A DNA stretch of 64,000 nucleotides from contig OZ244048.1 of NCBI GenBank assembly GCA_965215265.1, forward strand, positions 1,248,001 through 1,312,000, read 5' to 3'. This document shows positions 10,477-19,323 of the stretch, piece after piece (the stretch's first letter is position 1; each line of letters opens with the position of its first letter). The position numbers were made by a program, and so were the translations under genes. The notes under the pieces were generated by a model, which saw only the letters and a program-made list of their open reading frames with translations, was not told the origin of the DNA and did no database searches. This DNA is from Candidatus Poribacteria bacterium. Its GTDB lineage: Bacteria; Poribacteria; WGA-4E; WGA-3G.

Positions 10477-11892
10477 TTAAAAAGATTGCTCCACCTGTTT
10501 AGCCGTTTCAACTATCCATGTTTGTTCTTTCTGATAGATGGTGCGCAGGTCGAACCACAATTGCGCGTTTTTGATTCTGCCGATGATAGGAATTTTGGCG
10601 TTTCGGAAATGGGCGGCGAGCCCTTCAGCAGAAATCAGGGTGGATTCTAAAACTAAAGCGACACTGAGCAATGTTTCGACGGGGAGGGCACCACTTCCGA
10701 TTTGGCCGTGCGTTTCGGCGACGTAGATTTGAACCTTATTGGCAAAAACGGTTTCGAGTGCCTGCTTTAACTGCTTTGCTACTTGATGTAATTCGTCCAT
10801 TGTTCGGGTATAACGGTTGAGCATGGGGAGCTGCGCTGCCAATTGATCTTCTGCGGCGGTTGTGAGATAGAGTTGCAGTGTGGCTGCCAATGCAGCGATG
10901 GTGAGCTTATCAACTCTGAGTGCGCGCATGATAGGATTTTTGCGAATCTTTTCAATCCATGCTGCTTTCCCTACGATGAGTCCCGCTTGTGGCCCACCGA
11001 GGAGTTTATCTCCGCTAAAGGTGACGATATCGACACCGCTGGCGATGGCTTCAGTGACAAGAGGTTCATGGGGGAGTCCATATTGTGTCATGTCAACGAG
11101 TGCACCACTTCCTAAATCCTCCATCGTGGGGATGCCATACCGTGTGCTAAGCGCGGTGAGCTCTTCTACTGCAGGAGTTGTCGTGAAACCGAGAATTTTG
11201 TAGTTGCTCGGATGCACCTTAAGTAGGAGTCCTGTGTTTTCAGTGATAGCCTCTTCATAATCGCGCAAGTGGGTGCGGTTGGTGGTTCCAACTTCTCGTA
11301 GGAGTGCGCCGCTTGCTGCCATGACATCGGGGATGCGGAACGCGCCGCCGATTTCAACGAGTTCACCGCGCGAGACAATAACCTCTTTTCCACTCGCGAC
11401 GGTTTGAAGTGCTATCAAGACGGCTGCAGCGTTGTTATTCACGACGGTAGATGCTTCACAGCCTGTTAACTGTTGCAGGAGTGGTTCTGTTATCCTGTCT
11501 CTATGTCCTCTTTTACCTGTTTCTACGTTGTATTCGAGGTTGATATAATTTTGTGCGGCTTGCTGGAGTGCTTCACACGCCGTGATGCTTAGTAATGCTC
11601 TACCCAAGTTAGTATGGGTAATGGTGCCAGTAGCGTTGACAACCGGGAGGAGACGAGGCCGCATCTTGTTCTCGATTCGCTGACGTGTCCATTTGGCATA
11701 TTCTGTGGGTTCTGGTAATTGAATTTCGGATTTTAAAACCTTGCTTCGGACTTCGGCGACCACGGCGCGTAGGGTTTCTGTTACTAGCGAACGCGCGTAG
11801 GTAGTTTGCAAATCAAGCAACTCTTGTGTGTTCAAAAGTTTTTCAATAGCAGGCAACTGCCTCAGCAGATTTCTAGGTGTACTTGGAGTCAA
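10477..11892 (-). CDS. selA: L-seryl-tRNA(Sec) selenium transferase
   Basis: VVNATG..HTNLGRA, VNNNAAA, SRGELVEIGGAFRIPDVM, EVGTTNRTH, FSGDKLLGGPQAG, RALRVDK. Confidence 0.97.
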   Translation of the reverse strand: MTPSTPRNLLRQLPAIEKLLNTQELLDLQTTYARSLVTETLRAVVAEVRSKVLKSEIQLPEPTEYAKWTRQRIENKMRPRLLPVVNATGTITHTNLGRALLSITACEALQQAAQNYINLEYNVETGKRGHRDRITEPLLQQLTGCEASTVVNNNAAAVLIALQTVASGKEVIVSRGELVEIGGAFRIPDVMAASGALLREVGTTNRTHLRDYEEAITENTGLLLKVHPSNYKILGFTTTPAVEELTALSTRYGIPTMEDLGSGALVDMTQYGLPHEPLVTEAIASGVDIVTFSGDKLLGGPQAGLIVGKAAWIEKIRKNPIMRALRVDKLTIAALAATLQLYLTTAAEDQLAAQLPMLNRYTRTMDELHQVAKQLKQALETVFANKVQIYVAETHGQIGSGALPVETLLSVALVLESTLISAEGLAAHFRNAKIPIIGRIKNAQLWFDLRTIYQKEQTWIVETAKQVEQSF

Positions 11893-12019
11893 TCTCTTTC
11901 TCCGTGGCTTCTCTATCTCTTTTTTCTATAACTTTAGTATAGCATGCAATGGAATTGTAGTCAAACTTTTTTGTGGATACTCACTTACCCCCATTTTTTT
12001 TCAAGGTTTGGCGTGAATT

Positions 12020-12192
12020 GAATCTAAACATCCGAACCCTCCGACGAGATTTGTACAGGGTTTTACATAACAAACGCCTCTATTGGGCTGCAGTAGACGA
12101 AAAGACGAGATTTGTAAAGATTTCAGAAAAACAGACTGCTTTAATGAACGCCTTAGCACAAATCTCGCTAGAGATTTACGTTGTTATGATTC
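12020..12192. repeat. Two 84-bp elements in opposite orientation (12020-12103 forward, 12109-12192 reverse)
   Basis: Ungapped alignment to consensus; CGAGATTTGT...ACAAATCTCG inverted arms. Confidence 0.75.
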
Positions 12193-12208
12193 AATACATC
12201 TAAGTCAG

Positions 12209-12377
12209 GCAAAAAAAAGTTTGCCAAAAAGTGTTGTTTTCGGCTAAAATGTGTTCGTCTCTTTTTTATTTCGAAAAAAAAGAGTTGACAAAAAATGTTC
12301 ATTGTGCGATAATGCAAAACAACTTTTGAGTTATGCAAAAAAAAGTTTGCCAAAAAGCGTTGTTTTCGTCTAAACTG
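12209..12377 (+). repeat. 43-bp direct repeat pair (12209-12251, 12335-12377) flanking a promoter
   Basis: GCAAAAAAAAGTTTGCCAAAAAGYGTTGTTTTCGKCTAAAMTG twice, 3 mismatches. Confidence 0.85.
12285..12313 (+). promoter_or_regulatory. Sigma70-type promoter for the 13.0-16.6 kb block
   Basis: TTGACA-N17-GATAAT with extended -10 TG. Confidence 0.6.
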
Positions 12378-12382
12378 AAAAA

Positions 12383-12466
12383 TACGAAAAACCGCGAAAA
12401 TCTCCGTCGAGATTTGTAAAAAGATACTCATTAAATCTGTCGGTGATGCGCTGAAAGATACGAGAA
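12383..12466 (+). repeat. Diverged 84-bp element
   Basis: CTCCGTCGAGATTTGT and ATACGAGAA fall at the consensus positions. Confidence 0.55.
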
Positions 12467-12680
12467 CTCGAAGAGATGAAACACCGAGAGTCCGTGTATC
12501 CCATAAGTAGAGTGAGCTGCCCTGTGCTGCGGGGTTGGCATCTTTGCGCGAACGCGTGCATATACCGTGCTGTCGTGTGTTTTAACTGCCTGTTAAGACG
12601 ATTGATCCCCCCCCCGACTTTACGTACGTTAACCATTTTATTAACTCAAGCCGCATCACCCTTAGTCGCTGCTTTCTTAC

Positions 12681-12730
12681 GCCTGCACGCCTACCGTCTC
12701 GGACGGTGGAGGCCGTTGCAGGCTTTTTTT
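12681..12730 (+). terminator. Intrinsic terminator inside a long leader
   Basis: GCCTGCA...TGCAGGC stem with inner ACCGTC/GACGGT, followed by T7. Confidence 0.7.
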
Positions 12731-12999
12731 CTGATGCGTGCGGCACCCCTTGTCGGAGCCCCGGGCTTCTGTGTGCGGGTACGCCTGTAACAAACCGAGT
12801 CGGCTTATGTCAAAGGTGCCGGGGCGACACTCGCCCGGCACCCTACCGTGGGCTCGTATTGGCTATTCACCTATTTGTGCGTGGACAGCGTGCTTCGGCA
12901 CGCCTGCCCACCCGCAATCAAACCGATAACGACTTATAAACCTAACCGGTGCGATAACCGCATCGACAACGGACACATCGTCCGAAAGGATATTTTGAA

Positions 13000-13608
13000 A
13001 TGAAAGATTGGATGAACCCGCAAAAATGCGTGGTAGTTTTATTAGGGGGGCTGGTGTTAGTGTTTGCCTGCTACGGGCTGGTAAAAGCACAACACGGCTT
13101 GATGCCGGCTCCCTCAGAGACGCGGCACATCGCCCCTCCGATTGACGGGCTCACAAGCATAGAACGTAGCTTGCCTGCAGTCTCCTCTGACTCGGTTTCT
13201 CCTGAAACGGTTGCAGAGTGGTTGTCGCTGTTACGTGCCAACAATGACGGCTCCGCGGTTTTTGCAAAGGGGATAGCGAACCTTGAGCAGGTGCTGTGGG
13301 AGATGCAGCCTGTGGAGCGGCCGCGGCTGTTAGCGAACTATCCGAATCCGTTCAACCCAGAGACGTGGATACCTTATCAGCTGGCAGTGCCAGCGGATGT
13401 GGAGGTGTCCATCTATGCGTTGGACGGGCGTTTGGTTAGGACGTTAGCGTTGGGGCATCAAGCGGCGGGCCGCTACGAGAGCAAGGCACGCGCCGCGTAT
13501 TGGGATGGGCGCAACGCCTCTGGTGAGCGTGTTGCGAGTGGTATCTATTTCTATACGCTGCGTGCAGGCGACTTCTCTGCGACGCAGAAGATGTTGATAA
13601 GGAAGTAA
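13000..13608 (+). CDS. Small secreted protein consisting mostly of a FlgD-Ig/T9SS-like C-terminal tail
   Basis: Hydrophobic N-terminus; LLANYPNPFNPETWIPYQL...YWDGRN..GE.VASGIYFYTL...KMLIRK. Confidence 0.8.
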   Translation: MKDWMNPQKCVVVLLGGLVLVFACYGLVKAQHGLMPAPSETRHIAPPIDGLTSIERSLPAVSSDSVSPETVAEWLSLLRANNDGSAVFAKGIANLEQVLWEMQPVERPRLLANYPNPFNPETWIPYQLAVPADVEVSIYALDGRLVRTLALGHQAAGRYESKARAAYWDGRNASGERVASGIYFYTLRAGDFSATQKMLIRK

Positions 13609-13720
13609 AGGGAGAGGGATGTGTAAGGGGGTGTGTGCCGTCTGCGTTTGACGCGGCGGTCTCGCCTCCAACCCCTCGTATTTTTAGCCGCGAGTGTTTC
13701 GCGGCATTTGGAGGACTGTA

Positions 13721-16594
13721 ATGTGTCATAAAAAAGTTTCAAAGGTTTGGAGGGCTGTAATGTCCGCTAAAAAAGTTTCAAAGGTTTGGAGGGCTGTAAT
13801 GAATAATAAAAGCGTGTCAGTGATGTTAGCCATATTGGCGTGTATAGTTTTGAGTTTGGGTGGTTTGGGTGATGTGTGTGCGCAAGGGGTAAGCGTGGCT
13901 GCGGATGTCGGTGTGCTTTCGGCTGTGAAAGGTGATGCGGATGTGAATGGTGATGGCCGTGTGGATATAGTGGATTTGGCACTGGTAGCGGCGCACCTGG
14001 GAACCCGCGGTAACAGTTCGGCAGATTTGAACGGGAATAGTGTAGTGGATATAGGGGACGTGGCGTTAGTAGCGGCGGGGTTTAACGGTGCAGCGTCTGC
14101 ACCTGCGGCGCAGGTGTCTGCGCCTGCAGGGATGGTGCTCATCCCCGGCGGCACCTTCCAGATGGGCAGCAACGATGCCGAGGCCGCTGGTGAAGAGCAG
14201 CCTGTGCATCTGGTGCATGTGGACGCGTTCTATATGGATACGCACGAAGTGACGAACGCCGAGTATAAAAGTTTTGTGCTGGCGAATCCCGAGTGGCAGA
14301 AGGGGCGTATTTCGGCTGCCTTCCACAGCGGTAAGTACCTAAAACATTGGAACGGTAATAACTATCCAGCGGGTAAAGGGGACCATCCTGTGACGTATGT
14401 GTCGTGGTATGCGGCGATGGCATATTCTGCTTGGGCAGGGAAGCGTCTGCCAACGGAGGCAGAGTGGGAGTATGCGGCACGCGGTGGGGAGGCAGGTCTG
14501 AAGTATCCGTGGGGAAATACGATATCCCCTGCGAACGCGAACTACGATAGGAATGTAAACGATACAACGGCTGTGGGGAGTTATGCTGCGAACGGGTATG
14601 GGCTGTTCGACATGGCCGGGAACGTGTCGGAGTGGTGTCTGGACGAGTATAATGCGGCATTTTATGCTGCGTCTCCGTCTAATAATCCGCTGAGTGGTGT
14701 GTCTGGTAGTCTGCTCGCGAATCTGGATGAGATTGTATCGGACTACACAGGCGTAAATGTGAAGTCACTGCGGGTGTTGCGGGGTGGTAATTGGCGTGCT
14801 GATGTGCGTCACCTGCGCGTCGCCGATAGGTTCAAGAGTGTGCTGACGTTCACGAAAAAACACACCGGGTTTCGTTGTGTGAGTGCAGTGCCGGCGGAGC
14901 CACCCACACCGGAGCCTGAGCCACCCACACCGGAGCCTGAGCCACCCACACCGGAGCCTGAGCCACCCACAACGGAGCCTGAGCCACCCACACCGCAGGC
15001 ACCTGCAAGGATGGCACTCATCCCCGCGGGCACCTTCCAGATGGGCAGCAACGATGCCAAGGCCGATGGTGACGAGCGGCCTGTGCATACGGTGTATGTG
15101 GACGCGTTCTATATGGATACGCACGAAGTGACGAACGCCGAGTATAAAAGTTTTCTGCTTGCGAATCCCGAGTGGCAGAAGACGCATATTCCGGATGCCT
15201 TTCATGATGGTAATTATCTAAACCATTGGGACGGTAATAACTATCCTGTGGGTAAGGGGGACCATCCTGTGGGGTATGTGAGTTGGTATGCGGCGATGGC
15301 ATATTCCTTCTGGGCAGGGAAGCGTCTGCCAACGGAGGCGGAGTGGGAGTATGCGGCACGCGGGGGGTTAGTTGGTAAGAAATACCCGTGGGGAGACACG
15401 ATAACGCCGAACGATGCGAACTACGGTAGGAATGTAGGGGACACTCGTCCTGTGGGGAGTTATGCGGCAAACGGGTATGGGCTATATGACATGGCGGGGA
15501 ACGTTTACGAGTGGTGTCTTGATCTGTATGATCGGAATTTCTATTCTCGTTTGCCGTCTAGTAATCCGCTGAATGGTGTGTCTGGCAGTACGCTCACGAA
15601 TCTGGATGAGCTCGCGAATCTGGATGAGATTGTGGATATAAATGTTAACTCTGAGCGCGTGTTGCGTGGCGGTAGCTGGTCCTTTGATTCACTCTTCCTG
15701 CGTGCCGCTAATCGCCGCGGGGATACCCCTACGGACACCAATAATCGCCGCGGGGATACCCCTACGGACACCAACGGCAGCTACGGTTTCCGGTGTGCGT
15801 GGGCTGTTACTCCTTCCGTGCCGCCAGCACTAGTAGGGATGGCACTCATCCCCGCGGGCACCTTCCAGATGGGCAGCAACGATGCCGAGGCCGGTGGTGA
15901 CGAGCAGCCTGTGCATACAGTGTATGTGTACCCGTTCTATATGGATACGCACGAAGTGACGAACGCCGAGTATAAAAGTTTTGTGCTGGCGAACCCCGAG
16001 TGGCAGAAGACGCGGATTCCGGATGCCTTCCATAATGGTTTTTACCTGTTCCATTGGGAAGGTAATAACTATCCAATGGGTAAGGGGGACCATCCTGTGG
16101 TGCATGTGTCGTGGTATGCGGCGATGGCATATTCCGCGTGGGTAGGTAAGCGTCTGCCAACGGAGGCGGAATGGGAGTATGCGGCACGCGGGGGGTTAGT
16201 TGGTAAGAAATACCCGTGGGGAGACACGATAACGCCGAACGATGCGAACTACGGTAATAATGTAGAAGATACCCGTCCTGTCGGGAGTTATGCGGCGAAC
16301 GGGTATGGGCTATATGACATGGCCGGGAACGTGTGGGAGTGGTGTCTGGATGCGTATAATGGGGCATTTTATTCTGCGTCTCCGTCTAATAATCCGCTGA
16401 GCGGTGTGTCTGGCAGTACGCTCGCGAATCTGGATGAGATTGTAGATAACTATGAAAATGTACCTGTTACCCCCCGTCGCGTGTTGCGCGGCGGTAGCTG
16501 GTCCTTTGATTCACGAAGCCTGCGCGCCGCTTTTCGCCACAGGGATTCCCCTTTGGGCCCGGGCGTCACCTTCGGGTTCCGGTGTGTGCGGTAG
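13721..16594 (+). CDS. Secreted protein: dockerin-like EF-hand pair plus three tandem FGE-sulfatase (CLec-fold) domains; alternative starts 13721, 13760, 13799
   Basis: DVNGDGRVDIVDL and DLNGNSVVDIGDV; three copies of RLPTEAEWEYAARGG...DMAGNV.EW...RVLRGG.W...GFRC; the catalytic FGE cysteine pair is not evident. Confidence 0.9.
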   Translation: MCHKKVSKVWRAVMSAKKVSKVWRAVMNNKSVSVMLAILACIVLSLGGLGDVCAQGVSVAADVGVLSAVKGDADVNGDGRVDIVDLALVAAHLGTRGNSSADLNGNSVVDIGDVALVAAGFNGAASAPAAQVSAPAGMVLIPGGTFQMGSNDAEAAGEEQPVHLVHVDAFYMDTHEVTNAEYKSFVLANPEWQKGRISAAFHSGKYLKHWNGNNYPAGKGDHPVTYVSWYAAMAYSAWAGKRLPTEAEWEYAARGGEAGLKYPWGNTISPANANYDRNVNDTTAVGSYAANGYGLFDMAGNVSEWCLDEYNAAFYAASPSNNPLSGVSGSLLANLDEIVSDYTGVNVKSLRVLRGGNWRADVRHLRVADRFKSVLTFTKKHTGFRCVSAVPAEPPTPEPEPPTPEPEPPTPEPEPPTTEPEPPTPQAPARMALIPAGTFQMGSNDAKADGDERPVHTVYVDAFYMDTHEVTNAEYKSFLLANPEWQKTHIPDAFHDGNYLNHWDGNNYPVGKGDHPVGYVSWYAAMAYSFWAGKRLPTEAEWEYAARGGLVGKKYPWGDTITPNDANYGRNVGDTRPVGSYAANGYGLYDMAGNVYEWCLDLYDRNFYSRLPSSNPLNGVSGSTLTNLDELANLDEIVDINVNSERVLRGGSWSFDSLFLRAANRRGDTPTDTNNRRGDTPTDTNGSYGFRCAWAVTPSVPPALVGMALIPAGTFQMGSNDAEAGGDEQPVHTVYVYPFYMDTHEVTNAEYKSFVLANPEWQKTRIPDAFHNGFYLFHWEGNNYPMGKGDHPVVHVSWYAAMAYSAWVGKRLPTEAEWEYAARGGLVGKKYPWGDTITPNDANYGNNVEDTRPVGSYAANGYGLYDMAGNVWEWCLDAYNGAFYSASPSNNPLSGVSGSTLANLDEIVDNYENVPVTPRRVLRGGSWSFDSRSLRAAFRHRDSPLGPGVTFGFRCVR
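14897..14995 (+). repeat. 21-bp tandem repeat (about 4.7 units) encoding an EPPTPEP linker
   Basis: GAGCCACCCACACCGGAGCCT repeated. Confidence 0.95.
15710..15775 (+). repeat. 33-bp in-frame tandem duplication (NRRGDTPTDTN x2) in the domain-2 C-terminal loop
   Basis: AATCGCCGCGGGGATACCCCTACGGACACCAAY twice. Confidence 0.95.
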
Positions 16595-16608
16595 GCTTAT
16601 GAGCAGCG

Positions 16609-16676
16609 AAAGATAAAACCAGAGGTGTGATGGTGAGTAGGCCGTGTGCCAAATGCCATCACATCTCTTTCTCTTT
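16609..16676 (+). repeat. 68-bp hairpin-forming direct repeat, copy 1 (terminator-like)
   Basis: Matches 18001-18068 with 6 mismatches; GAGGTGTGATGG/CCATCACATCTC stem followed by a T-rich tail. Confidence 0.85.
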
Positions 16677-16700
16677 TTTCTCCGCCTGATTTATCTCTGC

Positions 16701-16729
16701 TTGACAATGATTCCCTGATGTGTTATTAT
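16701..16729 (+). promoter_or_regulatory. Sigma70-type promoter for rpn
   Basis: TTGACA-N17-TATTAT with extended -10 TG. Confidence 0.6.
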
Positions 16730-16790
16730 AAAGACAGAGTCGTTTTGAGAAGGGAAGCACTTGACAACTCATACGTTTTAGGAGTCTAAT

Positions 16791-17867
16791 ATGCAGAAAG
16801 GGGACATCCACGACTTTTTGTCCGAGATGTCTGTTTCGAACTTTTCCGATCGGAGTATACGCCGCTTATTAGAAAACAGGGAAAACGTCCGGGGCTTGTT
16901 AGAAATCGTGTCGGCAGAACTCGCCGAACTGATTGATTTTGAGCATCTGGTTCTAATCAATAGGAGTCTACTGCCCGCCACTCTCCGAGAACAAGAGGCA
17001 GACATTGTGTATCGGGTGCCCTTCAAAAGTGATACGGATGAGGGTGGTGAGGAGCTGCTCCTCTATCTACTGATTGAACATCAATCGACGGTAGATGCGA
17101 CGATGGGGTTTCGTGTGCTTTTCTACATGATGCTGATTTGGGACGCGGAGCGGCGGCGGTGGGCGGCCGAGAAGGTGCGGAGAAGAGAGCGTGTATTGCC
17201 GCCGATTCTGCCCGTGGTGTTTTACACGGGGGAGCGGCGGTGGGAAAAGCCACTGACACTTGAGGCGATGATGAATCTGCCCGCGGCGCTCTCTAGATTC
17301 GTTCCGAGATTTGACATCCTGTTTCTGAATCTGAACCGCACAGACAAGGCAACGCTGACAGAGGCGGCGCATCCGTTCGGATGGCTGATGAGAGTGCTGC
17401 AGCAAGGAGATTCGGACAAAGCGTCTATAAGCCGCGCGTTAAAAGAGACTTTGACGCAGTTGGAGACGCTTGATGCGGCGGATTCTGGGCAGCGTCGGGA
17501 AGCGATAATGTATCTAGTATCGCTGATTCAGCATCAGCGTCCAAAGGAAGAACAAGAAGAGTTGATAGAACTGGTAGACCGGCATACGCGTGACATGGAG
17601 GTAGCACCGATGGCAGAGACAATGGCCGAATTCCTCTTCGAACGAGGCATAGCACAAGGCATAGAACGAGGCATAGAAAAAGGGGCGTGCCAGACGGCTA
17701 TCAAAAATATAACCGCCGTCCTCAACGCGCGATTTCCTCATTGTGACATACACACTGCCACGCAGCAACTCGAAACGCTTTCTAACCTAGAACACCTCGA
17801 GCACCTGCTGCTGACAGCCGTCAAAGCCGACAGTTTTGAAGCATTCCTACAAGCTTTAGAACTATAG
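16791..17867 (+). CDS. Rpn/YhgA-like PD-(D/E)XK nuclease (recombination-promoting nuclease / putative transposase)
   Basis: ADIVYRV, YLLIEHQSTVD..MGFR.L.Y, LPPILPVVFYTGE..W, C-terminal ERGIAQGIERGIEKG. Confidence 0.9.
   Translation: MQKGDIHDFLSEMSVSNFSDRSIRRLLENRENVRGLLEIVSAELAELIDFEHLVLINRSLLPATLREQEADIVYRVPFKSDTDEGGEELLLYLLIEHQSTVDATMGFRVLFYMMLIWDAERRRWAAEKVRRRERVLPPILPVVFYTGERRWEKPLTLEAMMNLPAALSRFVPRFDILFLNLNRTDKATLTEAAHPFGWLMRVLQQGDSDKASISRALKETLTQLETLDAADSGQRREAIMYLVSLIQHQRPKEEQEELIELVDRHTRDMEVAPMAETMAEFLFERGIAQGIERGIEKGACQTAIKNITAVLNARFPHCDIHTATQQLETLSNLEHLEHLLLTAVKADSFEAFLQALEL
17610..17867 (+). CDS. Putative internally initiated RpnS antitoxin (85 aa, in frame)
   Basis: GGAGGT SD followed 8 nt later by in-frame ATG (MAETMAEFL...). 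Confidence 0.6.
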   Translation: MAETMAEFLFERGIAQGIERGIEKGACQTAIKNITAVLNARFPHCDIHTATQQLETLSNLEHLEHLLLTAVKADSFEAFLQALEL

Positions 17868-18000
17868 AAACGCACGCGCCGAACGCCATGGCCGGCACCG
17901 GGCTGCTCTTGTCGGGGTGTCAGGTAGGAACCCTACCGTTATTATGCCCTCTGACAAGCGGAGCATGGAAGGTTGCGTACTATACCGTGTGAGATGAGCC

Positions 18001-18068
18001 AAAGATAAAACCCGGGGTGTGATGGTGAGTCGGCCGTGTGCCGAATGCTATCACACCTCTTTCTCTTT
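18001..18068 (+). repeat. 68-bp direct repeat, copy 2
   Basis: See 16609-16676. Confidence 0.85.
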
Positions 18069-18288
18069 GAGGCGATACCGATTTCTCAGCCTGATTCCTG
18101 ACGAAATGAAAAAGGTTGCTTGAAAAAACGAAATAGGGTAAAATTATATTGAGAAATAGAAACGGTTGTTACTTTAAACTCCAAATTTACGTTGATTAAT
18201 GGCAAAGGACATGAAAAATCTCATGTGAGATTTTCACTCTATTGTTCGCGCTTCAAGAGCCTTACCGAGTTAATAGATATAGAACATT

Positions 18289-19323
18289 GTGAATTTAAAA
18301 ACTATTTTAGGACAACTGACAGGAAAACGCGTGATGGTTATTGGGGATATCATTCTGGATGAATATGTCTGGGGGGCTGTAACCCGGATTTCACCGGAGG
18401 CACCCGTTCCGGTATTTGAGATAAGTGGGAAGGTGGTAGGCTGCGGAGGGGCGGCGAACGTTGCTCAGAATGTTGCAAGTTTAAAGGGGGAGGTCGAGCT
18501 AATCGGTGTTATCGGTAAGGACGGTGCGGGTGAAAAACTTGTCCAGAAGCTAAGCGAGTTGAACATAGGGGCGACAGGCATCTGTATTGATCGGGAACGT
18601 CCTACGAGCACGAAAACACGTGTGATTGTGGGTTCGGGTACTGGGCTACAGCAAGGGCACCATCTGCTGCGTATTGACAAGGAGGCAAAGTGCAATATCT
18701 CTGTGGCGCTGCGGGAAACGCTGTTGAGTACTGTGGTTTCACGTTTGTCTCGGGTTGATGCAATTGTGTTCGCGGACTATGACAAGGGTGTCGTGAGTGA
18801 TGCGCTCATCCAATCCGTCGTTGCACATGCATCACCGTTCGGTATCCCAATTATCGCAGATCCGAAGCGGAATAACTTTTGGTATTATGAGGGAGTGACG
18901 GCGGTTACTCCAAATCAGAAAGAGGCAGCGGGGGCAGTACGTCGAGAAATTAGAGATGACGCAGACCTGGTTGCGATTGGCGAAGAAATTTTGGTCCGAT
19001 TGGGTTTGAAAGTGGTGCTGATTACACGTGACGAGGCAGGCATGACGTTATTCTTTCAGAATCTGGATGGCGGCTTAGAGGTATTGCATCTTCCTCCACA
19101 CTCAGGAACGGTGACGGACGTGACTGGCGCGGGCGACACAGTAGCGGCGGTATTTACCCTCTCGATGGCTGCTGGTGTGGACATCCGGGGTGCTGCGCAA
19201 CTGTCAAGTTTGGCAGGCGGCGTTGTGGTTAGAAAAATGGGGTGCGCGACCGTAACACCCGGAGAGTTGTTAGCAGAAATTGCAGCTGAAGGCGAAAGGT
19301 CTGATGAAGACGGTTTTTCTTGA
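18289..19323 (+). CDS. rfaE1: D-glycero-beta-D-manno-heptose-7-phosphate kinase (HldE kinase domain)
   Basis: GDIILDEY..G.V.RISPEAPVPV, GGAANVA, DYDKG, TPNQKEA, DVTGAGDTV. Confidence 0.9.
   Translation: MNLKTILGQLTGKRVMVIGDIILDEYVWGAVTRISPEAPVPVFEISGKVVGCGGAANVAQNVASLKGEVELIGVIGKDGAGEKLVQKLSELNIGATGICIDRERPTSTKTRVIVGSGTGLQQGHHLLRIDKEAKCNISVALRETLLSTVVSRLSRVDAIVFADYDKGVVSDALIQSVVAHASPFGIPIIADPKRNNFWYYEGVTAVTPNQKEAAGAVRREIRDDADLVAIGEEILVRLGLKVVLITRDEAGMTLFFQNLDGGLEVLHLPPHSGTVTDVTGAGDTVAAVFTLSMAAGVDIRGAAQLSSLAGGVVVRKMGCATVTPGELLAEIAAEGERSDEDGFS

Noticed and set aside
12200-18100. Complete DGR (RT + TR + Avd) in this block
   Set aside because: No reverse transcriptase ORF or AAC-rich template copy found by eye; only the target-side signature is reported.
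18201-18284. Very diverged 84-bp element or operator (AAAATCTCA-TG-TGAGATTTT)
   Set aside because: Only partial match to the consensus; cannot be distinguished from a transcription-factor palindrome or chance.
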